Below are positions 26,801 through 40,809 of a stretch of DNA of 64,000 nucleotides, in pieces. Source of the DNA: Eledone cirrhosa (Eukaryota); contig OZ024752.1 of assembly GCA_964016885.1 (NCBI GenBank), forward strand, positions 21,824,001 through 21,888,000, read 5' to 3'. Every line of letters begins with the position of its first letter. Position 1 is the stretch's first letter. Below the pieces are notes generated by a model that made no database searches, was not told the origin of the DNA, and saw only the letters and a program-made list of their open reading frames with translations. The position numbers were made by a program, and so were the translations under genes.

Positions 26801-29800
26801 ATATGTAACTAAAACATAGTCTATTGGTCAATGAGAGTGGTGTGAGGTGTTGTGTATATGTAACTAAAACATGGTCTATTGGTCAATGACAGTGGTGTGA
26901 GGTGTTGTGTATATGTAACTAAAACATGGTCTATTGGTCAATGAGGGTGGTGTGAGGTGTTGTGTATGTGTAACTAAAACATGGTCTATTGGTCAATGGG
27001 AGTGGTGTGAGGTGTTGTGTATATGTAACTAAAACATGATCTATTGGTCAATGGGATTGGTGTGAGGTGTTGTGTATATGTAAATTAAAACATGGTCTAT
27101 TGGTCAATGAGAGTGGTGTGAGGTGTTGTGTATGTGTAACTAAAACATGGTCTATTGGTCAATGAGGGTGGTGTGAGGTGTTGTGTATGTGTAACTAAAA
27201 CATGGTCTATTGGTCAATGAGAATGGTGTGAGGTGTTGTGTATGTGTAACTAAAACATGGTCTATTGGTCAATGAGAGTGGTGTGTGGTGTTGTGTATGT
27301 GTAACTAAATCATTGTCTATTGGTCAATGAGAGTGGTGTGAGGTGTTGTCTATATGTAACTAAAACATGGTCTATTGGTCAATGGGGAATGGTGTGAGGT
27401 GTTGTGTATATGTAACTAAAACATGGTCTATTGGTCAATGAGAGTGGTGTGAGGTGCTGTGTATATGTAACTAAAACATGTTCTATTGGTCAATGACATT
27501 GGTGTGAGGTGTTGTGTATATGTAACTAAAACATGGTCTATTGGACAATGAGAATGGTGTGAGGTGTTGTGTATGTGTAACCAAAACATGGTCTATTGGT
27601 CAATGCAAGTGGTGTGAGGTGTTGTGTATATGTAACTAAAACATGGTCTATTGGTCAATGTGGGGGGTGTGAGGTGTTGTGTATATGTAACTAAAACATG
27701 GTGTATTGGTCAATGAGGGTGGTGTGAGGTGTTGTGTATATGTAACTAAAACATGTTCTATTGGTCAATGACATTGGTGTGAGGTGTTGTGTATATGTAA
27801 CTAAAACATGGTCTATTGGTCAATGAGTGTGGTGTGAGGTGTTGTGTATATGTAACTAAAACATGCTCTATTGGTCATTGAGAGTGGTGTGGGGTGTTGT
27901 GTTTATGTAACTAAAACATGGTCTATTGGTCAATGAGTGTGGTGTGAGGTTTTGTGTATGTGTAACTAAAACATGGTTTATTGGTCAATGAGGGTGGTGT
28001 GAGGTGTTGTGTATATGTAACTAAAACATGGTCTATTGGTCAATGAGAGTGGTGTGAGGTGTTGTGTATATGTAACTAAAACATGGTCTATTGGTCAATG
28101 AGAGTGGTGTCAGGTGTTGTGTATATGTAACTAAAACATGGTCTATTTGTCAATGAGGGTGGTGTGAGGTGTTGTGTATATGTAACTAAAACATGGTCTA
28201 TTGGTCAATGAGTGTGGTGTGAGGTTTTGTGTATGTGTAACTAAAACATGGTCTATTGGTCAATGAGGGTGGTGTGAGGTGTTGTGTATATGTAACTAAA
28301 ACATGGTCTATTGGTCAATGAGTGTGGTGTGAGGTTTTGTGTATGTGTAACTAAAACATGGTCTATTGGTAAATGAGGGTGGTGTGAGGTGTTGTGTATA
28401 TGTAACTAAAGCATGGTCTATTGGTCAATGTGAGTGGTGTGAGGTGTTGTGTATATGTAACTAAAACATGGTCTATTGGTCAATGAGAGTGGTGTGAGGT
28501 GCTGTGTATATGTAACTAAAACATGGTCTATTGGTCAATGAGTGTGGTGTGAGGTTTTGTGTATGTGTAACTAAAACATGGTCTATTGGTCAATGAGGGT
28601 GGTGTGAGGTGTTGTGTATATGTAACTAAAACATGGTCTATTGGTCAATGAGAGTGGTGTCAGGTGTTGTGTATATGTAACTAAAACATGGTCTATTGGT
28701 CAATGAGTGTGGTGTGAGGTGTTGTGTATATGTAACTAAAACATGGTCTATTGGTCAATGGGAGTGGTGTGAGGTGTTGTGTATATGTAACTAAAACATG
28801 GTCTATTGGTCAATGAGAGTGGTGTGAGGTGTTGTGTATATGTAACTAAAACATGGTCTATTGGTCAATGAGGGTGGTGTGAGGTGTTGTGTATATGTAA
28901 CTAAAGATTGGTCTATTGGTCAATGAGAGTGGTGTGAGGTGTTGTGTATATGTAACTAAAACATGGTCTATTGGTCAATGAGTGTGGTGTGAGGTGTTGT
29001 GTATATGTAACTAAAACATGGTCTATTGGTCAATGAGAATGGTATGAGGTGTTGTGTATATGTAACTAAAGATTGGTCTATTGGTCAATGACAGTGGTGT
29101 GAGGTGTTGTGTATATGTAACTAAAACATGGTCTATTGGTCAATGAGTGTGGTGTGAGGTGTTGTGTATATGTAACTAAAACATGGTCTATTGGTCAATG
29201 AGTGTGGTGTGAGGTGTTGTGTATATGTAACTAAAACGTGGTCTATTGGTCAATGGGAGTGGTGTGAGGTGTTGTGTATATGTAACTAAAACATGGTCTA
29301 TTGGTCAATGAGGGTGGTGTGAGGTGTTGTGTATGTGTAACTAAAACCTGGTCTATTGGTCAATGAGGGTGGTGTGAGGTGTTGTGTATGTGTAACTAAA
29401 ACATGGTCTATTGGTCAATGAGGGTGGTGTGAGGTGTTGTGTATGTGTAACTAAAACATGGTCTATTGGTCAATGACAGTGGTGTGAGGTGTTGTGTATA
29501 TGTAACTAAAACCTGGTCTATTGGTCAATGAGAGTGGTGTGAGGTGTTGTGTATGTGTAACTAAAACATGGTCTATTGGTCAATGAGGGTGGTGTGAGGT
29601 TTTGTGTATGTGTAACTAAAACATGGTCTATTGGTCAATGACAGTGGTGTGAGGTGTTGTGTATATGTAACTAAAACCTGGTCTATTGGTCAATGAGAGT
29701 GGCGTGAGGTGTTGTGTATGTGTAACTAAAACCTGGTCTATTGGTCAATGAGTGTGGTGTGAGGTGTTGTGTATATGTAACTAAAACATGGTCTATTGGT

Positions 29801-32800
29801 CAATGGGATTGGTGTGAGGTGTTGTGTATGTGTAACTAAAACATGGTCTATTGGTCAATGAGGGTGGTGTGAGGTGTTGTGTATATGTAACTAAAACATG
29901 GTCTATTGGTCAATGAGGGTGGTGTGAGGTGTTGTGTATATGTAACTGAAACATGGTCTATTGGTCAATGAGGGTGGTGTGAGGTGTTGTGTATATGTAA
30001 CTAAAACATGGTCTATTGGTCAATGAGGGTGGTGTGAGGTGTTGTGTATATGTAACTGAAACATGGTTTATTGGTCAATGAGAGTGGTGTGAGGTGTTGT
30101 GTATATGTAACTAAAACATGGTCTATTGGTCAATGAGGGTGGTGTGAGGTGTTGTGTATGTGTAACTAAAACATGGTCTATTGGTCAATGAGAATGGTGT
30201 GAGGTGTTGTGTATATGTAACTAAAACATGGTCTATTGGTCAATGAGGGTGGTGTGAGGTGTTGTGTATATGTAACTTAAACATGGTCTATTGGTCAATG
30301 AGGGTGGTGTGAGGTGTTGTGTATATGTAACTAAAACATGGTCTATTGGTCAATGGGGGTGGTGTGAGGTGTTGTGTATATGTAACTAAAACATTGTCTA
30401 TTGGTCAATGACAGTGGTGTGAGGTGTTGTGTATATGTAACTAAAACATGGTCTATTGGTCAATGAGAATGGTGTGAGGTGTTGTGTATGTGTAACTAAA
30501 TCATTGTCTATTGGTCAATGAGAGTGGTGTGAGGTGTTGTCTATATGTAACTAAAACATGCTCTATTGGTCAATGAGGGTGGTGTGAGGTGTTGTGTATG
30601 TGTAACTAAAACATGGTCTATTGGTCAATGAGAATGGTGTGAGGTGTTGTGTATATGTAACTAAAACATGCTCTATTGGTCAATGAGGGTGGTGTGAGGT
30701 GTTGTGTATGTGTAGCTAAAACATGGTCTATTGGTCAATGACAGTGGTGTGAGGTGTTGTGTATATGTAACTAAAACATGCTCTATTGGTCAATGAGGGT
30801 GGTGTGAGGTGTTGTGTATATGTAACTAAAACATTGTCTATTGGTCAATGAGAGTGGTGTGAGGTGTTGTGTATGTGTAACTAAATCATTGTCTATTGGT
30901 CAATGAGAGTGGTGTGAGGTGTTGTCTATATGTAACTAAAACATGGTCTATTGGTCAATGAGTGTGGTGTGAGGTTTTGTGTATGTGTAACTAAATCATT
31001 GTCTATTGGTCAATGAGAGTGGTGTGTGGTGTTGTGTATATGTAAGTAAAACATGGTCTATTGGTCAATCAGAATATTGTGAGGTGTTGTGTATATGTAA
31101 CTAAAACATGGTGTATTGGTCAATGAGGGTGGTGTGAGGTGTTGTGTATATGTAACTAAAACATGTTCTATTGGTCAATGACATTGGTGTGAGGTGTTGT
31201 GTATATGTAACTAAAACATGGTCTATTGGTCAATGAGAATGGTGTGAGGTGTTGTGTATGTGTAACTAAAATATGGTCTATTGGTCAATGCGAGTGGTGT
31301 GAGGTGTTGTGTATATTTAACTAAAACATGGTCTATTGGTCAATGAGAGTGGTGTGAGGTGTTGTGTTTATGTAACTAAAATATGATCTATTGGTCAATT
31401 AGGGTGGTGTGAGGTGTTGTGTATATGTAACTAAAACATGCTCTATTGGTCATTGAGAGTGGTGGGAGGTGTTGTGTATATGTAACTAAAACATGGTCTA
31501 TTGGTCAATGAGGGTGGTGTGAGGTGTTGTGTATATGTAACTAAAACATGGTCTATTGGTCAATGGGAGTGGTGTGGGGTTTTGTGTATATGTAACTAAA
31601 ACATGGTCTATTGGTCAATGTGGGGGTGTGAGGTTTTGTGTATGTGTAACTAAAACATGGTCTATTGGTCAATGAGGGTGGTGTGAGGTGTTGTGTATGT
31701 GTAACTAAAACATGGTCTATTGGTCAATGAGTGTGGTGTGAGGTGTTGTGTATATGTAACTAAAACATGGTCTATTGGTCAATCAGAATATTGTGAGGTG
31801 TTGTGTATATGTAACTAAAACATGGTCTATTGGTCAATGAGGGTGGTGTGAGGTGTTGTGTATATGTAACTAAAACATGGTCTATTGGTCAATGAGTGTG
31901 GTGTGAGGTTTTGTGTATGTATAACTAAAACATGGTCTATTGGTCAATGAGTGTGGTGTGAGGTGTTGTGTATATGTAACTAAAACATGGTCTATTGGTC
32001 AATGAGTGTGGTGTGAGGTTTTGTGTATGTGTAACTAAAACATGGTCTATTGGTCAATGAGAATGGTGTGAGGTGTTGTGTATATGTAACTAAAACATGG
32101 TCTATTGGTCAATGAGTGTGGTGTGAGGTTTTGTGTATATGTAACTAAAACATGGTCTATTGGTCAATGAGAATGGTATGAGGTGTTGTGTATATGTAAC
32201 TAAAACATGGTCTATTGGTCAATGAGGGTGGTGTGAGGTGTTGTATATATGTAACTAAAACATGGTCTATTGGTCAATGTGGGGGGTGTAGGGTGTTGTG
32301 TATATGTAACTAAAACATGGTCTATTGGTCAATGAGAGTGGTGTCAGGTATTGTGTATATGTAACTAAAACATGGTTTATTGGTCAATGAGAATGGTGTG
32401 AGGTGTTGTGTATATGTAAATTAAAACATGGTCTATTGGTCAATGAGAATGGTGTTAGGTGTTGTGTATGTGTAACTATAACATGGTCTATTGGTCAATG
32501 AGGGTGGTGTGAGGTGTTGTGTATATGTAACTAAAACATGGTCTATTGGTCAATGACAGTGGTGTGAGGTGTTGTGTATATGTAACTAAAACCTGGTCTA
32601 TTGGTCAATGAGAGTGGTGTGAGGTGTTGTGTATGTGTAACTAAAACATGGTCTATTGGTCAATGAGAGTGGTGTGAGGTGGTGTATATATGTAACTAAA
32701 ACATGGTCTATTGGTCAATGTGGGGGGTGTAGGGTGTTGTGTATATGTAACTAAAACATGGTCTATTGGTCAATGAGAGTGGTGTCAGGTATTGTGTATA

Positions 32801-35800
32801 TTTAACTAAAACATGGTTTATTGGTCAATGAGAATGGTGTGAGGTGTTGTGTATGTGTAACTAAAACATGATCTATTGGTCAATGGGAGTGGTGTGAGGT
32901 GTTGTGTATATGTAAATTAAAACATGGTCTATTGGTCAATGAGAATGGTATGAGGTGTTGTGTATGTGTAACTAAAACATGGTCTATTGGTCAATGAGTG
33001 TGGTGTGAGGTTTTGTGTATGTGTAACTAAAACATGGTTTATTGGTCAATGAGGGTGGTGTGAGGTGTTGTGTATATGTAACTAAAACATGGTCTATTGG
33101 TCAATGAGAGTGGTGTGAGGTGTTGTGTATATGTAACTAAAACATGGTCTATTGGTCAATGAGAGTGGTGTCAGGTGTTGTGTATATGTAACTAAAACAT
33201 GGTCTATTTGTCAATGAGGGTGGTGTGAGGTGTTGTGTATATGTAACTAAAACATGGTCTATTGGTCAATGAGTGTGGTGTGAGGTTTTGTGTATGTGTA
33301 ACTAAAACATGGACTATTGGTCAATGAGGGTGGTGTGAGGTGTTGTGTATATGTAACTAAAACATGGTCTATTGGTCAATGAGTGTGGTGTGAGGTTTTG
33401 TGTATGTGTAACTAAAACATGGTCTATTGGTAAATGAGGGTGGTGTGAGGTGTTGTGTATATGTAACTAAAGCATGGTCTATTGGTCAATGTGAGTGGTG
33501 TGAGGTGTTGTGTATATGTAACTAAAACATGGTCTATTGGTCAATGAGAGTGGTGTGAGGTGCTGTGTATATGTAACTAAAACATGGTCTATTGGTCAAT
33601 GAGTGTGGTGTGAGGTTTTGTGTATGTGTAACTAAAACATGGTCTATTGGTCAATGAGGGTGGTGTGAGGTGTTGTGTATATGTAACTAAAACATGGTCT
33701 ATTGGTCAATGAGAGTGGTGTCAGGTGTTGTGTATATGTAACTAAAACATGGTCTATTGGTCAATGAGTGTGGTGTGAGGTGTTGTGTATATGTAACTAA
33801 AACATGGTCTATTGGTCAATGGGAGTGGTGTGAGGTGTTGTGTATATGTAACTAAAACATGGTCTATTGGTCAATGAGAGTGGTGTGAGGTGTTGTGTAT
33901 ATGTAACTAAAACATGGTCTATTGGTCAATGAGGGTGGTGTGAGGTGTTGTGTATATGTAACTAAAGATTGGTCTATTGGTCAATGAGAGTGGTGTGAGG
34001 TGTTGTGTATATGTAACTAAAACATGGTCTATTGGTCAATGAGTGTGGTGTGAGGTGTTGTGTATATGTAACTAAAACATGGTCTATTGGTCAATGAGAA
34101 TGGTATGAGGTGTTGTGTATATGTAACTAAATATTGGTCTATTGGTCAATGACAGTGGTGTGAGGTGTTGTGTATATGTAACTAAAACATGGTCTATTGG
34201 TCAATGAGTGTGGTGTGAGGTGTTGTGTATATGTAACTAAAACATGGTCTATTGGTCAATGAGTGTGGTGTGAGGTGTTGTGTATATGTAACTAAAACGT
34301 GGTCTATTGGTCAATGGGAGTGGTGTGAGGTGTTGTGTATATGTAACTAAAACATGGTCTATTGGTCAATGAGGGTGGTGTGAGGTGTTGTGTATGTGTA
34401 ACTAAAACCTGGTCTATTGGTCAATGAGGGTGGTGTGAGGTGTTGTGTATGTGTAACTAAAACATGGTCTATTGGTCAATGAGGGTGGTGTGAGGTGTTG
34501 TGTATGTGTAACTAAAACATGGTCTATTGGTCAATGACAGTGGTGTGAGGTGTTGTGTATATGTAACTAAAACCTGGTCTATTGGTCAATGAGAGTGGTG
34601 TGAGGTGTTGTGTATGTGTAACTAAAACATGGTCTATTGGTCAATGAGGGTGGTGTGAGGTTTTGTGTATGTGTAACTAAAACATGGTCTATTGGTCAAT
34701 GACAGTGGTGTGAGGTGTTGTGTATATGTAACTAAAACCTGGTCTATTGGTCAATGAGAGTGGCGTGAGGTGTTGTGTATGTGTAACTAAAACCTGGTCT
34801 ATTGGTCAATGAGGGTGGTGTGAGGTGTTGTGTATGTGTAACTAAAACCTGGTCTATTGGTCAATGAGTGTGGTGTGAGGTGTTGTGTATATGTAACTAA
34901 AACATGGTCTATTGGTCAATGGGATTGGTGTGAGGTGTTGTGTATGTGTAACTAAAACATGGTCTATTGGTCAATGAGGGTGGTGTGAGGTGTTGTGTAT
35001 ATGTAACTAAAACATGGTCTATTGGTCAATGAGGGTGGTGTGAGGTGTTGTGTATATGTAACTGAAACATGGTCTATTGGTCAATGAGGGTGGTGTGAGG
35101 TGTTGTGTATATGTAACTAAAACATGGTCTATTGGTCAATGAGGGTGGTGTGAGGTGTTGTGTATATGTAACTGAAACATGGTTTATTGGTCAATGAGAG
35201 TGGTGTGAGGTGTTGTGTATATGTAACTAAAACATGGTCTATTGGTCAATGAGGGTGGTGTGAGGTGTTGTGTATGTGTAACTAAAACATGGTCTATTGG
35301 TCAATGAGAATGGTGTGGGGTGTTGTGTATATGTAACTAAAACATGGTCTATTGGTCAATGAGGGTGGTGTGAGGTGTTGTGTATATGTAACTTAAACAT
35401 GGTCTATTGGTCAATGAGGGTGGTGTGAGGTGTTGTGTATATGTAACTAAAACATGGTCTATTGGTCAATGGGGGTGGTGTGAGGTGTTGTGTATATGTA
35501 ACTAAAACATTGTCTATTGGTCAATGACAGTGGTGTGAGGTGTTGTGTATATGTAACTAAAACATGGTCTATTGGTCAATGAGAATGGTGTGAGGTGTTG
35601 TGTATGTGTAACTAAATCATTGTCTATTGGTCAATGAGAGTGGTGTGAGGTGTTGTCTATATGTAACTAAAACATGCTCTATTGGTCAATGAGGGTGGTG
35701 TGAGGTGTTGTGTATGTGTAACTAAAACATGGTCTATTGGTCAATGAGAATGGTGTGAGGTGTTGTGTATATGTAACTAAAACATGCTCTATTGGTCAAT

Positions 35801-38800
35801 GAGGGTGGTGTGAGGTGTTGTGTATGTGTAGCTAAAACATGGTCTATTGGTCAATGACAGTGGTGTGAGGTGTTGTGTATATGTAACTAAAACATGCTCT
35901 ATTGGTCAATGAGGGTGGTGTGAGGTGTTGTGTATATGTAACTAAAACATTGTCTATTGGTCAATGAGAGTGGTGTGAGGTGTTGTGTATGTGTAACTAA
36001 ATCATTGTCTATTGGTCAATGAGAGTGGTGTGAGGTGTTGTCTATATGTAACTAAAACATGGTCTATTGGTCAATGAGTGTGGTGTGAGGTGTTGTGTAT
36101 GTGTAACTAAATCATTGTCTATTGGTCAATGAGAGTGGTGTGTGGTGTTGTGTATATGTAAGTAAAACATGGTCTATTGGTCAATCAGAATATTGTGAGG
36201 TGTTGTGTATATGTAACTAAAACATGGTGTATTGGTCAATGAGGGTGGTGTGAGGTGTTGTGTATATGTAACTAAAACATGTTCTATTGGTCAATGACAT
36301 TGGTGTGAGGTGTTGTGTATATGTAACTAAAACATGGTCTATTGGTCAATGAGAATGGTGTGAGGTGTTGTGTATGTGTAACTAAAATATGGTCTATTGG
36401 TCAATGCGAGTGGTGTGAGGTGTTGTGTATATTTAACTAAAACATGGTCTATTGGTCAATGAGAGTGGTGTGAGGTGTTGTGTATATGTAACTAAAACAT
36501 GGTCTATTGGTCAATGTGGGGGTGTGAGGTTTTGTGTATGTGTAACTAAAACATGGTCTATTGGTCAATGAGGGTGGTGTGAGGTGTTGTGTATGTGTAA
36601 CTAAAACATGGTCTATTGGTCAATGAGTGTGGTGTGGGGTTTTGTGTATATGTAACTAAAACATGGTCTATTGGTCAATCAGAATATTGTGAGGTGTTGT
36701 GTATATGTAACTAAAACATGGTCTATTGGTCAATGAGGGTGGTGTGAGGTGTTGTGTATATGTAACTAAAACATGGTCTATTGGTCAATGAGTGTGGTGT
36801 GAGGTTTTGTGTATGTATAACTAAAACATGGTCTATTGGTCAATGAGTGTGGTGTGAGGTGTTGTGTATATGTAACTAAAACATGGTCTATTGGTCAATG
36901 AGTGTGGTGTGAGGTTTTGTGTATGTGTAACTAAAACATGGTCTATTGGTCAATGAGAATGGTGTGAGGTGTTGTGTATATGTAACTAAAACATGGTCTA
37001 TTGGTCAATGAGTGTGGTGTGAGGTTTTGTGTATATGTAACTAAAACATGGTCTATTGGTCAATGAGAATGGTATGAGGTGTTGTGTATATGTAACTAAA
37101 ACATGGTCTATTGGTCAATGAGGGTGGTGTGAGGTGTTGTATATATGTAACTAAAACATGGTCTATTGGTCAACGTGGGGGGTGTAGGGTGTTGTGTATA
37201 TGTAACTAAAACATGGTCTATTGGTCAATGAGAGTGGTGTCAGGTATTGTGTATATGTAACTAAAACATGGTTTATTGGTCAATGAGAATGGTGTGAGGT
37301 GTTGTGTATATGTAAATTAAAACATGGTCTATTGGTCAATGAGAATGGTGTTAGGTGTTGTGTATGTGTAACTATAACATGGTCTATTGGTCAATGAGGG
37401 TGGTGTGAGGTGTTGTGTATATGTAACTAAAACATGGTCTATTGGTCAATGACAGTGGTGTGAGGTGTTGTGTATATGTAACTAAAACCTGGTCTATTGG
37501 TCAATGAGAGTGGTGTGAGGTGTTGTGTATGTGTAACTAAAACATGGTCTATTGGTCAATGAGAGTGGTGTGAGGTGTTGTATATATGTAACTAAAACAT
37601 GGTCTATTGGTCAATGAGGGTGGTGTGAGGTGTTGTGTATATGTAACTAAAACCTGGTCTATTGGTCAATGAGAGTGGTGTGAGGTGTTGTGTATATGTA
37701 ACTAAAACATGGTCTATTGGTCAATGAGAGTGGTGTGAGGTGTTGTGTATATGTAACTAAGACATGGTCTATTGGTCAATGAGGGTGGTGTGAGGTGTTG
37801 TGTATATGTAACTAAAACATGGTCTATTGGTTAATGAGAATGGTCTGAGGTGTTGTGTATATGTAATGAAAAAATGTTTATTGGTCAATGAGAATGGTGT
37901 GAGGTGTTGTGTATATGTAACTAAAACATGATCTATTGGTCAATGAGAATGGTGTGAGGTGTTGTGTATATGTAACTAAAACATGGTCTATTGGTCAATG
38001 ACAGTGGTGTGAGGTGTTGTGTATATGTAACTAAAACATGTTCTATTGGTCAATGACAGTGGTGTGAGGTGTTGTGTATATGTAACTAAAATATGGTCTA
38101 TTGGTCAATGAAACTGGTCTGAGGTGTTGTGTATATGTAACTAAAACATGGTCTATTGGTCAATGAGAGTGGTGTGAGGTGTTGTGTATATGTAACTAAA
38201 ACATGGTGTATTGGTCAATGAGAGTGGTGTGAGGTGTTGTGTATATGTAACTAAAAAATGTTTATTGGTCAATGAGAATGGTGTGAGGTGTTATGTATAT
38301 GTAACTAAAACATGGTCTATTGGTCAATGAGTGTGGTGTGAGGTTTTGTGTATGTGTAACTAAAACATGGTCTATTGGTAAATGAGGGTGGTGTGAGGTG
38401 TTGTGTATATGTAACTAAAGCATGGTCTATTGGTCAATGTGAGTGGTGTGAGGTGTTGTGTATATGTAACTAAAACATGGTCTATTGGTCAATGAGAGTG
38501 GTGTGAGGTGCTGTGTATATGTAACTAAAACATGGTCTATTGGTCAATGAGTGTGGTGTGAGGTTTTGTGTATGTGTAACTAAAACATGGTCTATTGGTC
38601 AATGAGGGTGGTGTGAGGTGTTGTGTATATGTAACTAAAACATGGTCTATTGGTCAATGAGAGTGGTGTCAGGTGTTGTGTATATGTAACTAAAACATGG
38701 TCTATTGGTCAATGAGTGTGGTGTGAGGTGTTGTGTATATGTAACTAAAACATGGTCTATTGGTCAATGGGAGTGGTGTGAGGTGTTGTGTATATGTAAC

Positions 38801-40809
38801 TAAAACATGGTCTATTGGTCAATGAGAGTGGTGTGAGGTGTTGTGTATATGTAACTAAAACATGGTCTATTGGTCAATGAGGGTGGTGTGAGGTGTTGTG
38901 TATATGTAACTAAAGATTGGTCTATTGGTCAATGAGAGTGGTGTGAGGTGTTGTGTATATGTAACTAAAACATGGTCTATTGGTCAATGAGTGTGGTGTG
39001 AGGTGTTGTGTATATGTAACTAAAACATGGTCTATTGGTCAATGAGAATGGTATGAGGTGTTGTGTATATGTAACTAAAGATTGGTCTATTGGTCAATGA
39101 CAGTGGTGTGAGGTGTTGTGTATATGTAACTAAAACATGGTCTATTGGTCAATGAGTGTGGTGTGAGGTGTTGTGTATATGTAACTAAAACATGGTCTAT
39201 TGGTCAATGAGTGTGGTGTGAGGTGTTGTGTATATGTAACTAAAACATGGTCTATTGGTCAATGGGAGTGGTGTGAGGTGTTGTGTATATGTAACTAAAA
39301 CATGGTCTATTGGTCAATGAGGGTGGTGTGAGGTGTTGTGTATGTGTAACTAAAACCTGGTCTATTGGTCAATGAGGGTGGTGTGAGGTGTTGTGTATGT
39401 GTAACTAAAACATGGTCTATTGGTCAATGAGGGTGGTGTGAGGTGTTGTGTATGTGTAACTAAAACATGGTCTATTGGTCAATGACAGTGGTGTGAGGTG
39501 TTGTGTATATGTAACTAAAACCTGGTCTATTGGTCAATGAGAGTGGTGTGAGGTGTTGTGTATGTGTAACTAAAACATGGTCTATTGGTCAATGAGGGTG
39601 GTGTGAGGTTTTGTGTATGTGTAACTAAAACATGGTCTATTGGTCAATGACAGTGGTGTGAGGTGTTGTGTATATGTAACTAAAACCTGGTCTATTGGTC
39701 AATGAGAGTGGCGTGAGGTGTTGTGTATGTGTAACTAAAACCTGGTCTATTGGTCAATGAGGGTGGTGTGAGGTGTTGTGTATGTGTAACTAAAACCTGG
39801 TCTATTGGTCAATGAGTGTGGTGTGAGGTGTTGTGTATATGTAACTAAAACATGGTCTATTGGTCAATGACAGTGGTGTGAGGTGTTGTGTATATGTAAC
39901 TAAAACCTGGTCTATTGGTCAATGAGAGTGGTGTGAGGTGTTGTGTATGTGTAACTAAAACCTGGTCTATTGGTCAATGAGGGTGGTGTGAGGTGTTGTG
40001 TATGTGTAACTAAAACATGGTCTATTGGTCAATGAGGGTGGTGTGAGGTGTTGTGTATGTGTAACTAAAACATGGTCTATTGGTCAATGACAGTGGTGTG
40101 AGGTGTTGTGTATGTGTAACTAAAACATGGTCTATTGGTCAATGAGGGTGGTGTGAGGTGTTGTGTATGTGTAACTAAAACATGATCTATTGGTCAATGA
40201 GAGTGATGTGAGGTGTTGTGTATATGTAACTAAAACATGGTCTATTGGTCAATGAGTGTGGTGTGAGGTGTTGTGTATGTGTAACTAAAACATGTTCTGT
40301 TGGTCAATGAGGGTGCTGTGAGGTGTTGTGTATATGTAACTAAAACATGGTCTATTGGTCAATGAGGGTGGTGTGAGGTGTTGTGTATATGTAACTAAAA
40401 CATGGTCTATTGGTCAATGGGATTGGTGTGAGGTGTTGTGTATGTGTAACTAAAACATGGTCTATTGGTCAATGAGGGTGGTGTGAGGTGTTGTGTATAT
40501 GTAACTAAAACATGGTCTATTGGTCAATGAGGGTGGTGTGAGGTGTTGTGTATATGTAACTGAAACATGGTCTATTGGTCAATGAGGGTGGTGTGAGGTG
40601 TTGTGTATATGTAACTAAAACATGGTCTATTGGTCAATGAGGGTGGTGTGAGGTGTTGTGTATATGTAACTGAAACATGGTTTATTGGTCAATGAGAGTG
40701 GTGTGAGGTGTTGTGTATATGTAACTAAAACATGGTCTATTGGTCAATGAGGGTGGTGTGAGGTGTTGTGTATGTGTAACTAAAACATGGTCTATTGGTC
40801 AATGAGAAT

